Shown here: positions 1 to 8,483 of the stretch, piece after piece
Position numbering within the stretch: the first letter of the stretch is position 1
Layout: each line of letters begins with the position of its first letter
Source: Candidatus Bathyarchaeota archaeon
GTDB taxonomy: Archaea; Thermoproteota; Bathyarchaeia; Bathyarchaeales; Bathycorpusculaceae
Reading direction: 5' to 3'
Assembly: GCA_016927895.1 (NCBI GenBank)
Contig: JAFGLT010000072.1
Span: 1 to 63,666, forward strand
DNA: 63,666 nt
The notes under the pieces: generated by a model
The model's database searches: none
Seen by the model: only the letters and a program-made list of their open reading frames with translations
Told to the model about the DNA's origin: nothing
Program-made: the position numbers and the translations under genes

Positions 1-42
1 TCACGGAGAAGCTGTAACGCTTGTTCCCTGGATGGAAGCGTT

Positions 43-555
43 TCACTCACCCAGTTCCTTTCTCAACTGTTCAACTTTCGCCGATAATTTTTCAACAAAT
101 TTTCCGTTTTCACAATGCATCAAAGGTTTGCCGCAGTTGGGACAATTAAAAACCAGTTCCACCGCTTCTTCAAACGGGATTCGTTTGCATCCCGGTGTGT
201 TGCAACAGTAAAAATCATGGTTCTTCTCGTATTGTAGCCTGATATCCAGTTTCTCAAGGACCCTGCGTTTCTGGCTTAGAATGAAACCTTCAAGCTGAGT
301 TGGCTGAAGTTTCCAGTGGAATATGAACCATCCCGTTTTGGGGTCGCGGGTTCTTCTTAAACTAACGAGTGAATGATCGTAAAGCTTGTAGAGGATTCTG
401 CGAACTATATTCAACCGTATACCTGTGTTGTTGGCGATTTCGTCGTCTGTTATTTCATCTACATTTTTAATAAACTCAATCAGCTTTCCCGCTTCTTCCT
501 CACCCATAGCCGTTGCAACTTTCATTAATGTTGCATCATCAATAGTTGATAACAT
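43..555 (-). CDS. tfe: Transcription factor E (TFE / TFIIE-alpha homologue)
   Basis: Has a winged-helix region (GIRLNIVRRILYKLYDHSLVSLRR) and a C-terminal zinc ribbon (CxxxxC...CPNC), as in archaeal TFE. The ORF is open to 612, but the MLSTIDD start at 555 fits the family N-terminus better. Confidence 0.8.
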   Translation of the reverse strand: MLSTIDDATLMKVATAMGEEEAGKLIEFIKNVDEITDDEIANNTGIRLNIVRRILYKLYDHSLVSLRRTRDPKTGWFIFHWKLQPTQLEGFILSQKRRVLEKLDIRLQYEKNHDFYCCNTPGCKRIPFEEAVELVFNCPNCGKPLMHCENGKFVEKLSAKVEQLRKELGE

Positions 556-625
556 GCTCTGCTTTCCTTTCCCTAGAAATAACCGTGATGCTACAATAAA
601 ACTCTTCTTCAAATTTCATCAAAAA

Positions 626-1228
626 TCAACATTCAACTATCGTTTTCTTGCCTCTTTCCTGAGGCACCACCTTTATCTTCGCTTCTTTAAAACCCTTGGC
701 TAATTCTTTTCCTCCAAAGAACCTGTCCAAAAAGACAGCAAGAGCTGCACACTCCGAGTGCGGTTGATTCCCGACTGCCACGTTGAAGTCCGAAACTTCA
801 TCTGAAAAGAAATCTCCAGGCACTTTCTGGCTTCCAACTAACACCAACAAATCTTTTCCCGACTGACGAATTTTATCTAGAACAGGGCTCGTTTGCACGT
901 TCTCGCCGTAAACTGTTAAGTGAACCACGATTCCGCCTTTAGCCTTCCAGTCTCTCACGGCGCTTTTCCATTTTTTGCCCATTTCGAAAAAGAATTTCCC
1001 GCCCCAGTTTTCTGTAACCTTCTCCACTGTTTCTTTAAGTTTCTTGTCTTCAATATCGGAAAGCAGGAATCCTGAAGCGCCTAATGCTCGCGCTGTTAAG
1101 GCAACATGGCTTGTAAGCCGGGCATCCCTTTTTGGACGGTGACCCCACCTCAACACAACTATTTCCTGCGTCTTTTCTTTTCTATTGGTTTTTGGGTTTT
1201 GTTCCAAATTTTCCATCGAGTTCTTCAA
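626..1228 (-). CDS. tRNA (cytidine56-2'-O)-methyltransferase aTrm56 (SPOUT)
   Basis: The motif VVLRWGHRPKRDARLTSHVALTARALGASG is typical of the aTrm56 family. The N-terminus overlaps the hflX 3' end, and the real start may be the internal Met at 1216. Confidence 0.75.
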   Translation of the reverse strand: MKNSMENLEQNPKTNRKEKTQEIVVLRWGHRPKRDARLTSHVALTARALGASGFLLSDIEDKKLKETVEKVTENWGGKFFFEMGKKWKSAVRDWKAKGGIVVHLTVYGENVQTSPVLDKIRQSGKDLLVLVGSQKVPGDFFSDEVSDFNVAVGNQPHSECAALAVFLDRFFGGKELAKGFKEAKIKVVPQERGKKTIVEC

Positions 1229-2453
1229 CCCGTTTTCTTACTTTTTCAGCGAATAAAGGGTTTGCCTCAAAAACGACTTGCACAGAGTCGCTCATGAACT
1301 TTGCTTCCTTCACATCTGCGCTCTCGTGAACCCAAGACATGAAAGGCATGGTTTCTTCGGTCAACGGAACAGAGAATGACGCTTGAATGTAATCTTCAAG
1401 TTTCTTCAATATTTCCTGTTTCAGTCGTTCAAGGTTTATCCGATACAGTGCAGATATGAGAATCGGGTTTTTAGTCTTCGTTTTTAATTCTTCAAGCTTC
1501 TGCTTCGTTTCTGCCTCACTCAACAGGTCAATTTTGTTCAGCACGGTTATAACTGGTATGCCTAATGCACCTATGTGCTCCATTGTCTCCAAGCATATGC
1601 TGTTTTTCTTCTCGATTTTCTCTAGGGGCTCGCTGAGGTCCAGCACCAGCAGTATAAGGTCAGAGTAGATGGTTTCTTCAAGAGTTGACTGGAAAGCTTC
1701 TATCAACGTTAAGGGCAATCGGTCTATGAAGCCAACGGTGTCTGTTAAAAGAAACTGTCTTTTCGAGATTTCCATAAGCCGCGTCTTGGTTGAAAGCGTC
1801 GTAAACAACGCTTTGTCCACCCGGGTCGTTTCTTCTGTTAAAGCGTTAAACAATGAACTTTTCCCGGCGCTCGTGTATCCTGCTAAAGAAATGGATAGAA
1901 AGCCCAGTTCAGCTCGTCTTTCGCGGTGCAACAGTCGTTTCTCCCGGATTTTCTTGAGCTTCCCTCGGATAGTTTGAATCTGCCTGTTTACAGCGTCGTA
2001 GTAAACGTCTGCTTCGTAGGCTCCGAGCCCCATAAATCCGGGTTGCTCTTTCAGCTTTGTCAGTCTCACGCGTTCTTTAGCGTGAGCAAGTTCATACCTG
2101 AGCGTCGCAAGCTGAATCTGCAGTTTAGCCTCCGTGGTTGTGGCTCTTCTCGTGAAAATTTCAAGGATCAGCTTGAACCGGTCAATGGCTTCTACGCGTG
2201 TGACTTTTGCCAGATTGTAGGATTGAATAGACTTCAGTGGATTGTCGAAGAGAATTTTTTCCGCGCCCGTTTCCTTTACAAGCGCAGCCAGTTCTTCTAC
2301 TTTTCCAGCGCCTATCTGATAGCGTGCATCAGCCGTTCTGAGTTGCTCTACTTTTGCGACAACAGTGTATCCGGCGGCTTCCGCGAGGTTTTTAAGTTCT
2401 TCTAAACTTGATGGCTCATGGCTTAGTCGCCTTTGAACTATGATTGCTTTCGT
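1182..2453 (-). CDS. hflX: GTPase HflX (start codon unresolved)
   Basis: G1 motif GYTSAGKSSLFNALT, G3 DTVGF and G4 NKID are present. The ORF track starts at GTG 2069, but the same frame stays open to 2525. That upstream stretch encodes an HflX N-domain-like sequence (KAIIVQRRLSHEPSSLEELKNLAEAAGYTVV...LQIQLATLRYELAHAKERV) with no ATG/GTG/TTG. The upstream end given here is the in-frame ACG at 2453-2451. Confidence 0.75.
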   Translation of the reverse strand, partial: TKAIIVQRRLSHEPSSLEELKNLAEAAGYTVVAKVEQLRTADARYQIGAGKVEELAALVKETGAEKILFDNPLKSIQSYNLAKVTRVEAIDRFKLILEIFTRRATTTEAKLQIQLATLRYELAHAKERVRLTKLKEQPGFMGLGAYEADVYYDAVNRQIQTIRGKLKKIREKRLLHRERRAELGFLSISLAGYTSAGKSSLFNALTEETTRVDKALFTTLSTKTRLMEISKRQFLLTDTVGFIDRLPLTLIEAFQSTLEETIYSDLILLVLDLSEPLEKIEKKNSICLETMEHIGALGIPVITVLNKIDLLSEAETKQKLEELKTKTKNPILISALYRINLERLKQEILKKLEDYIQASFSVPLTEETMPFMSWVHESADVKEAKFMSDSVQVVFEANPLFAEKVRKRVEELDGKFGTKPKNQ

Positions 2454-2962
2454 TCTTCGTTTTCCTCCTCGCCTCTCTTGTTCAGCTGTATCAGGTCGCC
2501 TAAAGTTGTTCCCCGATTTGGCGATTTAGGAAAACCCTGTGAGATTTTTTCCTCCTTTATTGGAACAAGCAACTTGATTTTTAAAACGTGCTCAAGCTTC
2601 GTGACAAGCTGGTTGTTGGGCGTCATTTTTCCGGTCTCAAGTTTGCTTAAAAGAGAGGCCTTCTCGTTTATTTTCTTACCGAGTTCCTCATGGGAAAGGC
2701 CCAGCTTTTCTCGCGCCTGCCGAATCTTTGAATCATAGCGTTCCACTATTTCTTGAGTGGTGTCCACTTTAGCCTGTGTGGGCTTCTTTCTCTGAACAAA
2801 CGGCACAGGCGTCAAAGGTTTCTTGGGAACTCTCTGCTCGTCTTCTTCTTGGATTATTCTTCCATGTTTTGAACATTCAATGCATACTGTTAGCTTGGCA
2901 CCTTCAATTAAGGCTCTGATTGGAGCACCGTGGATTTTGCGTCCGCAAACTTCGCATCGCAA
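2438..2962 (-). CDS. mbf1: Archaeal multiprotein bridging factor 1 (aMBF1): N-terminal Zn ribbon plus C-terminal XRE-type HTH
   Basis: MRCEVCGRKI...CIECSKHG forms the zinc ribbon. The HTH is KIRQAREKLGLSHEELGKKINEKASLLSKLETGK. Confidence 0.8.
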   Translation of the reverse strand: MRCEVCGRKIHGAPIRALIEGAKLTVCIECSKHGRIIQEEDEQRVPKKPLTPVPFVQRKKPTQAKVDTTQEIVERYDSKIRQAREKLGLSHEELGKKINEKASLLSKLETGKMTPNNQLVTKLEHVLKIKLLVPIKEEKISQGFPKSPNRGTTLGDLIQLNKRGEEENEERKQS

Positions 2963-3044
2963 CGATTTTTCACCCAGTTGTCTTTATTATACGGTAGTGT
3001 TTATAGTTGTCGAATCGAAAATGAAGGAACACTGGTGAAAAAAC

Positions 3045-3515
3045 GTGGAAAACGCGTTACGTCGCGTCAGAAGTACAGCAGACTACCAATTCGGAAAGGG
3101 CGTAGGTGTCAAGCTGTTTCCAGAAAACGTGGACATTCAGTACTCAAAAGCTACTGGACGGATACGTTACGTGCACCTAAACGGTGAAAGACTGGCAACT
3201 CTTCGTCCCACTGATGGCTTGCTTTCCCTAAGCATCACTGCCGCTCAGATTGTAGCTGAAAATCGCGGTTCCGCTAAATGCTTCGTCACCGTTCAAAACG
3301 ACGTTTCCGAGTTCATTGCTGACGGTGGTGACGTTTTTGCAGTGCACGTTGTAGCGGTTGGTGATGAAGTGCGTGCTAAAGACGAGGTTATACTCCTCGA
3401 CGAGGGCCATCACGTTTTAGCGGTTGGACGAGCTTTGCTTTCCGCCTCTGAGATGAAGGCTTTCAGAACTGGCGTCGCCGTCAAGGTTAGGCGTGGATGC
3501 GCGAAGGAAAGTTAA
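3045..3515 (+). CDS. PUA-domain RNA-binding protein (pre-PUA/ArcTGT-C2-like N-domain plus PUA)
   Basis: The N-terminal motif LRRVRSTADYQFGKGVG...ATGRIRYV...LATLRPTDG and a C-terminal PUA-like segment (GDEVRAKDEVILLDEG...AVGRALLSASEM) support the call. GTG start. Confidence 0.6.
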   Translation: MENALRRVRSTADYQFGKGVGVKLFPENVDIQYSKATGRIRYVHLNGERLATLRPTDGLLSLSITAAQIVAENRGSAKCFVTVQNDVSEFIADGGDVFAVHVVAVGDEVRAKDEVILLDEGHHVLAVGRALLSASEMKAFRTGVAVKVRRGCAKES

Positions 3516-3560
3516 GTATATGAATCCCTATTGCAGAATAGTTGGTGGAAGCGATCTGTT

Positions 3561-3923
3561 ATGCATAGACGCGTGAATCCTCGAGAACAAAGGCGCATGA
3601 TGCAGCGCATGGGTATGAACATGGACTCTGTTCCTGATGTTGAGCAAGTCATCATAAAAACTGGCAGCAAGGATATAACAATTGAGCAGCCTGAAGTAGC
3701 GATTCTTGAAATGCAGGGGCAAAAAATCTTTCAGGTTATCGGCGGAAAAGTAACGGAGAAGGCTCCTGAACGCGCCGTTCCCAATGCTTCTGTTGTCTCT
3801 ATGTCTGAAGCAGATGTGCAGCTTGTAGCTGACCAAACGGGCAAAAGCGTGGATGAAGCAAGAAACGCCTTGGAAGAATGCGGAGGCGACCTTGCAAAGG
3901 CTATACTGCTGCTCCAGTCATGA
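3561..3923 (+). CDS. nac: Nascent polypeptide-associated complex protein (NAC domain plus UBA)
   Basis: NPREQRRMMQRMGMNMD...VIIKT...QGQKIFQVIG is the NAC domain. The C-terminal UBA-like segment is VDEARNALEECGGDLAKAILLL. The ORF is open from 3531 (TTG), but the ATG at 3561 is preferred. Confidence 0.8.
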   Translation: MHRRVNPREQRRMMQRMGMNMDSVPDVEQVIIKTGSKDITIEQPEVAILEMQGQKIFQVIGGKVTEKAPERAVPNASVVSMSEADVQLVADQTGKSVDEARNALEECGGDLAKAILLLQS

Positions 3924-4010
3924 ATCGACGATAATCAATTGTTAGCGTCTGTGTATCCTCTAATGTTGCACTTAGCGGTTGCAGTAGGAAAAAGCCGAAT
4001 TACATATCTG

Positions 4011-4017
4011 TTTTTTT
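4011..4017 (+). terminator. Oligo-T (T7) putative archaeal terminator after nac
   Basis: A T7 run lies about 90 nt after the nac stop, in a convergent spacer. Confidence 0.4.
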
Positions 4018-4072
4018 AGATTGAAGTTGCAGCCGAGAGCAAGCTGCTGGACCCTGTTTTTGTTTAAGTAGG

Positions 4073-4651
4073 CTAATCAGATTTTTTGGAACCGTTTAGC
4101 GCTAAGAGTTGTTTGAGGTCTTTTTTCATCAGGTTTATCCAGCCTTGTTCAAAATGGAAAGAAGCGTTATCGCTGATTATTCTGATTCTGCAGTCTCCTT
4201 TGCAGTCTGATTCTTTTTCGGGAATTTTTCCGCATTTCTCTTTACATAAATCGTTTACGTACTGGTTTATTCTGAGGTACAGCCTTTCCGGTTTGAACGT
4301 TGGCATATATCCTTCTGAGATTCTTTGGATGTCGTTTTGCATTAATTCGTGTTTTGCGGCGTCTGTGAACCTTTTGCCGAAGAGAACGCCTTTATCGTAG
4401 TCTTCTTTTTCCATGGCTTCCAGCATTTTCCGGACGGTGTCTATTCCAACATATCCCGATTTTGATTTTGATTCTACTATTCTTAACAGAACTTTCTCGT
4501 TTGATGCCGTGTCAAGGGCGGTGATGTCTATTCCTTCATCCCATTTTTCCCTATCTTCACAACTATAGTTCCGCATAGCCATGAATAATTCGGCTTCGTC
4601 TTTAATGCTGACGTTAATTCCTCCTTTTTTATGAAATTTAGTAGACGACAA
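4073..4651 (-). CDS. PD-(D/E)xK (Mrr-cat-like) nuclease-fold protein with Cys-rich C-terminal domain
   Basis: GIDITALD...VLLRIVESKSK gives a D...ExK pattern, followed by YDKGVLFGKRFTDAAKHEL as in Mrr catalytic domains. The C-terminal half contains CKEKC...CKGDC. Confidence 0.5.
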   Translation of the reverse strand: MSSTKFHKKGGINVSIKDEAELFMAMRNYSCEDREKWDEGIDITALDTASNEKVLLRIVESKSKSGYVGIDTVRKMLEAMEKEDYDKGVLFGKRFTDAAKHELMQNDIQRISEGYMPTFKPERLYLRINQYVNDLCKEKCGKIPEKESDCKGDCRIRIISDNASFHFEQGWINLMKKDLKQLLALNGSKKSD

Positions 4652-4959
4652 ATCTTTACAAAACCTAGTTATCGCCTAATAACCTAAAATTTTCACTCAA
4701 TAACTCTATATATATTCTCATAACAGTTAATATATCCTTCTATAAACAATGCTGAAAAAGAGTTAATTTGATTCAAAAATCAGCCCTAACGTAAACGGTT
4801 GAACGGATTAAAATTGCCGTAGACTTTTTATTTACTTTCTCCACGCGTTTTCGCTTTTTAGTGTGCAAACCTTTAAATCAGGTGGCAAGTTATACCAGCA
4901 TCAATAATTGAAAATTTCTATTTTCAATTTTTAATCATAGGAATGAGAGGTGATTTTAC

Positions 4960-5205
4960 ACGTCCGAAAAAAAGCTGTTTGAAATTACTTGCGATGAATG
5001 CGGCAAAAACGCCACAGTGCCTTTTAAGCCTAAAGAAGGCAAGCCTGTTTATTGTAGCGCATGTTTCTCGAAGCGCGTCTCAGAGAAACGGGAGCGTTCC
5101 AAGTTGAGCTTCACTTTTGACTCGAAAAACGCGTGGGCAAGGCGAGACCGCGGTTTCAAAGGAAGAAAAGAACAAGACCCAGCTAGCATTTTTGAAAGGT
5201 ACTAG
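4960..5205 (+). CDS. CxxC-x17-CxxC zinc beta-ribbon protein (start codon unresolved)
   Basis: In-frame CDEC-(17 aa)-CSAC forms an exact CxxC-x17-CxxC domain followed by a basic tail. The only canonical start (GTG 5017) lies inside the domain. The SD GAGGTGAT (4947-4954) precedes an in-frame ACG at 4960. An alternative is ATG 4943 plus a -1 shift in the A7 run. Confidence 0.6.
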   Translation, partial: TSEKKLFEITCDECGKNATVPFKPKEGKPVYCSACFSKRVSEKRERSKLSFTFDSKNAWARRDRGFKGRKEQDPASIFERY

Positions 5206-5317
5206 TCTGTAAAAGTGAGGGAAGTAACATCTTGCAACGCCATCACAGAAAAAGTGTTTGCAAGTTCAGTTATTTCTATATATCAGTTATTCTATTACGT
5301 GTTCTTTAGGGGCTCGG

Positions 5318-6247
5318 ATGGAAAACCAAACTTTTGATGTCGCAGTGGTAGGTCATTTCGCTATAGATACTATTCGTTTGCCGAGCCGTCCCAAGCCTTT
5401 CGTTGGTTTGGGTGGTTCCGTAACGTACGTTTCTTTTGTGACGAAACGTTTGGAAGGAACTGTTTCAGTGATTTCCAAGGTTGGCAGGGATTTCCCAGAG
5501 GCTTACATGTGGCTGCTTCGGGAAGAAGGCATAGACGTTTCCAACGTCGTTAAACTCGAGAAAGAGGGGACAACACGTTTTGACTTGGAATACAGCAAAG
5601 ACCTGTCAGAAAGGACCCTTAAGCTGGAAAGCAAGGCAGCCCCAATCAGCTTGAGTAACTTGCCAAAGTCTCTGCAAGCCAAAGCTGTCCATATCGCACC
5701 TATCGCAGGGGAAGTTTCATATGAAGTCGTTGAGCGATTGAAGGGGTGCGCGGAAGTTTTGTCCCTTGACCCTCAAGGTTTACTTCGGCGCTTTGACAAG
5801 AAAACGGGAAAAGTCTCCTCTAGTTCTTCATTTGACAAACGCCTTTTCAGTCTAGTCAACATTTACAAGTCCTCGCTGGAGGAAATCACCGCGCTCACTA
5901 GCGAATCTGATATAGACGCGGCGATAAAAGCCATCCACGACTTTGGAGTTAAAACAGTCATCGTCACTTTAGGCTCTCAAGGCGCTGTGCTTTCTGTTGA
6001 GAAAACGGTTTACAATATCCCCCCGTGCAGCTCCAGAGTGTATGTTGATCCTACTGGCGCTGGGGATGCTTTCATGGGTGGATTTTTAACTGAGTATATC
6101 CGCCAGAAGGACTCTTTTTGGTGTGCTTGCGTGGGCGCCGCTGCTGCGTCGCTGGTTATTGAAGGCATTGGACCTACTTTTTTCGGGGAAAAAGAAGAGA
6201 TTTATCAGAGGGCGCGTTCTGTCTATGAAAAAGAAATAAAGCCATGA
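5318..6247 (+). CDS. PfkB/ribokinase-family carbohydrate or nucleoside kinase
   Basis: N-terminal VVGHFAIDTI and the C-terminal DPTGAGDAF anion-hole motif support the call. The ATG at 5318 with an upstream AGGGG SD is preferred over the longer ORF from 5258. Confidence 0.8.
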   Translation: MENQTFDVAVVGHFAIDTIRLPSRPKPFVGLGGSVTYVSFVTKRLEGTVSVISKVGRDFPEAYMWLLREEGIDVSNVVKLEKEGTTRFDLEYSKDLSERTLKLESKAAPISLSNLPKSLQAKAVHIAPIAGEVSYEVVERLKGCAEVLSLDPQGLLRRFDKKTGKVSSSSSFDKRLFSLVNIYKSSLEEITALTSESDIDAAIKAIHDFGVKTVIVTLGSQGAVLSVEKTVYNIPPCSSRVYVDPTGAGDAFMGGFLTEYIRQKDSFWCACVGAAAASLVIEGIGPTFFGEKEEIYQRARSVYEKEIKP

Positions 6248-6288
6248 CGCATATTGTACTGCGTAAAACTGTGTGAGGGCATGAACCT

Positions 6289-6498
6289 TTGGGACGCATA
6301 GGTAAAGGAGTCAACTGCAGCGTGTCCGGTTGCAACAGGGAGGCTATCCGTTCACTGTCAACTGGAAAAGCCAAGTCTGCCGGGTTAAACGTTGGCAGCA
6401 ACGAGAAACGTGTTTACGTTTGCAAAGAACACTACAAGGAATTTAAGAAGAAAACTAAAAAAGACAAGACTATTGATAAGTGGCGTTACAGCACTTAA
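6289..6498 (+). CDS. Small basic Cys/His protein (hypothetical)
   Basis: 69 aa with CSVSGC...CKEH and a Lys-rich tail. TTG start 9 nt after GAGGG. No family recognised. Confidence 0.35.
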   Translation: MGRIGKGVNCSVSGCNREAIRSLSTGKAKSAGLNVGSNEKRVYVCKEHYKEFKKKTKKDKTIDKWRYST

Positions 6499-6513
6499 GA
6501 AGAGTGATACACC

Positions 6514-8403
6514 ATGCGAATACTGCAGTTGCATTCTAACTATATTGTTTACAAGCCGGTTAAGAAGGAAATCAGCATAGCTGAGGAAGCAGCAAAAGAA
6601 GAGAACCGCGTCGAAGAAGTCGTGGTCTTGTTCACCGCCATCGAGGCAGGCGACAACTCAGCCATGGCAAAACAAGCCATAGACGACGTGCATGCGTTCC
6701 TTCAAAACCTCAAAGTAAACCGTATCTTACTTTACCCTTTCGCACACTTGAGCAGCAACCTGTCAAAGCCTTCCGAAGCGCTGAAACTCATAAAAGAAAT
6801 GGAAGCACACGCAAAACAAAAAGGCATCGAGACTTACCGTGCTCCCTTCGGCTGGACCAAACAGTTCACCCTTTCTATAAAGGGACATCCGTTGGCAGAG
6901 CAGTCACGCTCTTACGTAGCCGAAGCTGGAAAAACGAAAGTGCAACAAGAAGTTAAAGAAGAGGAACCTGTTTCTGCAGCGTTGAAAGCCGAGGACACGC
7001 TCAAATCTTACTGGCATATTCTTGAAACTGACGGTTCGCTGGTGCCGATTGAAGAATTCAATTTCAAAGGGCACACAAACCTGAAAAAGTTCTCTCAGTA
7101 CGAGATAAAAAAAGCCCGTGCAGTCACGCAGATGCCACCTCATGTGCCCTTGATGAAGAGACTGGAAATTGCAGATTACGAGCCTGGAAGCGACCCAGGC
7201 AACCTCCGTTGGTACCCGAAAGGGCGCTTGATTAAGTCTTTGCTGGAGCAATTCGTAACCGCTGAGATGATTGGTTATGGGGCGATGGAAGTTGAAACTC
7301 CAGTTATGTACGATTTTAATCATCCAAGCTTATCTGACTACCTGAACCGTTTTCCCGCGCGCCAGTACCTGTTACAAAGTGAAGACAAAGACCTTTTCCT
7401 CAGGTTCGCCGCGTGTTTCGGGCAGTTCTTGATGGTGCATGACGCCCAGTTCTCGTACAAGCAGATGCCTCTGAAACTTTACGAGTTAACCCGCTACAGT
7501 TTCAGGCGTGAAAAAAGCGGTGAAGTCTGCGGCTTAAGGCGTCTGCGCGCGTTCACCATGCCTGACTGCCACGCTTTCTGCACCGATTTGGAACAGGCAA
7601 AACAGGAATTCAAAACGCGCTTTAACCTGTGCATAAGCGTCTTGGGTAACATTGGCTTGTCAAAGGACGATTACGAAATAGCATTGCGGTTCACGAAGGA
7701 CTTCTACGAAGAAAACAAAGAGTTCATCGCAGAATTGGCGGAAATCTACGGTAAACCTCTCTTGGCTGAAGTTTGGAAGGAACGATTTTTCTATTTCAGG
7801 CTGAAATGGGACGCCAACTTCGTAGATAATCAAGATAAAGCAGCGGCGTTGTCCACTGACCAGATAGATGTTGAAAACGCGAAAAGATACGATATAACAT
7901 ATGTTAATGAGAAAGGCGAAAAACTGAATCCTCTGATTCTGCACTGCTCTCCAAGCGGCGCTATTGAGAGATGTGTTTATGCTTTGCTGGAAAAAGCTTA
8001 CAAAACGCAGCAGAAAGGTGAGTTACCAATGCTTCCTTTGTGGCTTTCGCCTACTCAGGTGCGGTTGATACCTATTTCTGATGGTTTCACAGAGAAAGTT
8101 GAGGAAATCGCTAAGAAGATGGCTGCTAAGTGTATACGTGTGGATATTGATGACCGTTCTGCTACTTTACAGAAGAGAATTCGAGAGGCGGAGATGGAGT
8201 GGGTTCCCTACGTCATAGTTGTGGGGCAGAGGGAGCTTGAGTCGGGGGTTCTTTCAGTTAGAGACCGTGAGGCCCACGGGAAGGTGCAAAAGATGAAGCT
8301 GGATGAGTTGATGGCTACAGTTGCCAGTAAACTTGAGGGCAAGCCTTTCAAGACTCTTCCTCTGCCGTTGTACCTTTCTAAAAGGCCACAGTTTTACGGC
8401 TGA
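6514..8403 (+). CDS. thrS: Threonyl-tRNA synthetase, archaeal type with N-terminal editing domain
   Basis: Shows archaeal ThrRS architecture: an N-terminal DTD-like editing domain (MRILQLHSNYIVYKP...), a class II core and a C-terminal anticodon-binding domain. Confidence 0.9.
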   Translation: MRILQLHSNYIVYKPVKKEISIAEEAAKEENRVEEVVVLFTAIEAGDNSAMAKQAIDDVHAFLQNLKVNRILLYPFAHLSSNLSKPSEALKLIKEMEAHAKQKGIETYRAPFGWTKQFTLSIKGHPLAEQSRSYVAEAGKTKVQQEVKEEEPVSAALKAEDTLKSYWHILETDGSLVPIEEFNFKGHTNLKKFSQYEIKKARAVTQMPPHVPLMKRLEIADYEPGSDPGNLRWYPKGRLIKSLLEQFVTAEMIGYGAMEVETPVMYDFNHPSLSDYLNRFPARQYLLQSEDKDLFLRFAACFGQFLMVHDAQFSYKQMPLKLYELTRYSFRREKSGEVCGLRRLRAFTMPDCHAFCTDLEQAKQEFKTRFNLCISVLGNIGLSKDDYEIALRFTKDFYEENKEFIAELAEIYGKPLLAEVWKERFFYFRLKWDANFVDNQDKAAALSTDQIDVENAKRYDITYVNEKGEKLNPLILHCSPSGAIERCVYALLEKAYKTQQKGELPMLPLWLSPTQVRLIPISDGFTEKVEEIAKKMAAKCIRVDIDDRSATLQKRIREAEMEWVPYVIVVGQRELESGVLSVRDREAHGKVQKMKLDELMATVASKLEGKPFKTLPLPLYLSKRPQFYG

Positions 8404-8483
8404 TATACGAAGCATATAGAACACTGCCAAAAAATATATCAAATCATAGCCCAATAAGAAACGTTAACACATGAGGGAACCCT

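Noticed and set aside
4652-5016. AT-rich spacer as a replication origin
   Set aside because: There is no orc1/cdc6 gene nearby, no cluster of ORB-like repeats flanking it and only one short inverted repeat. A divergent promoter region is the simpler explanation.
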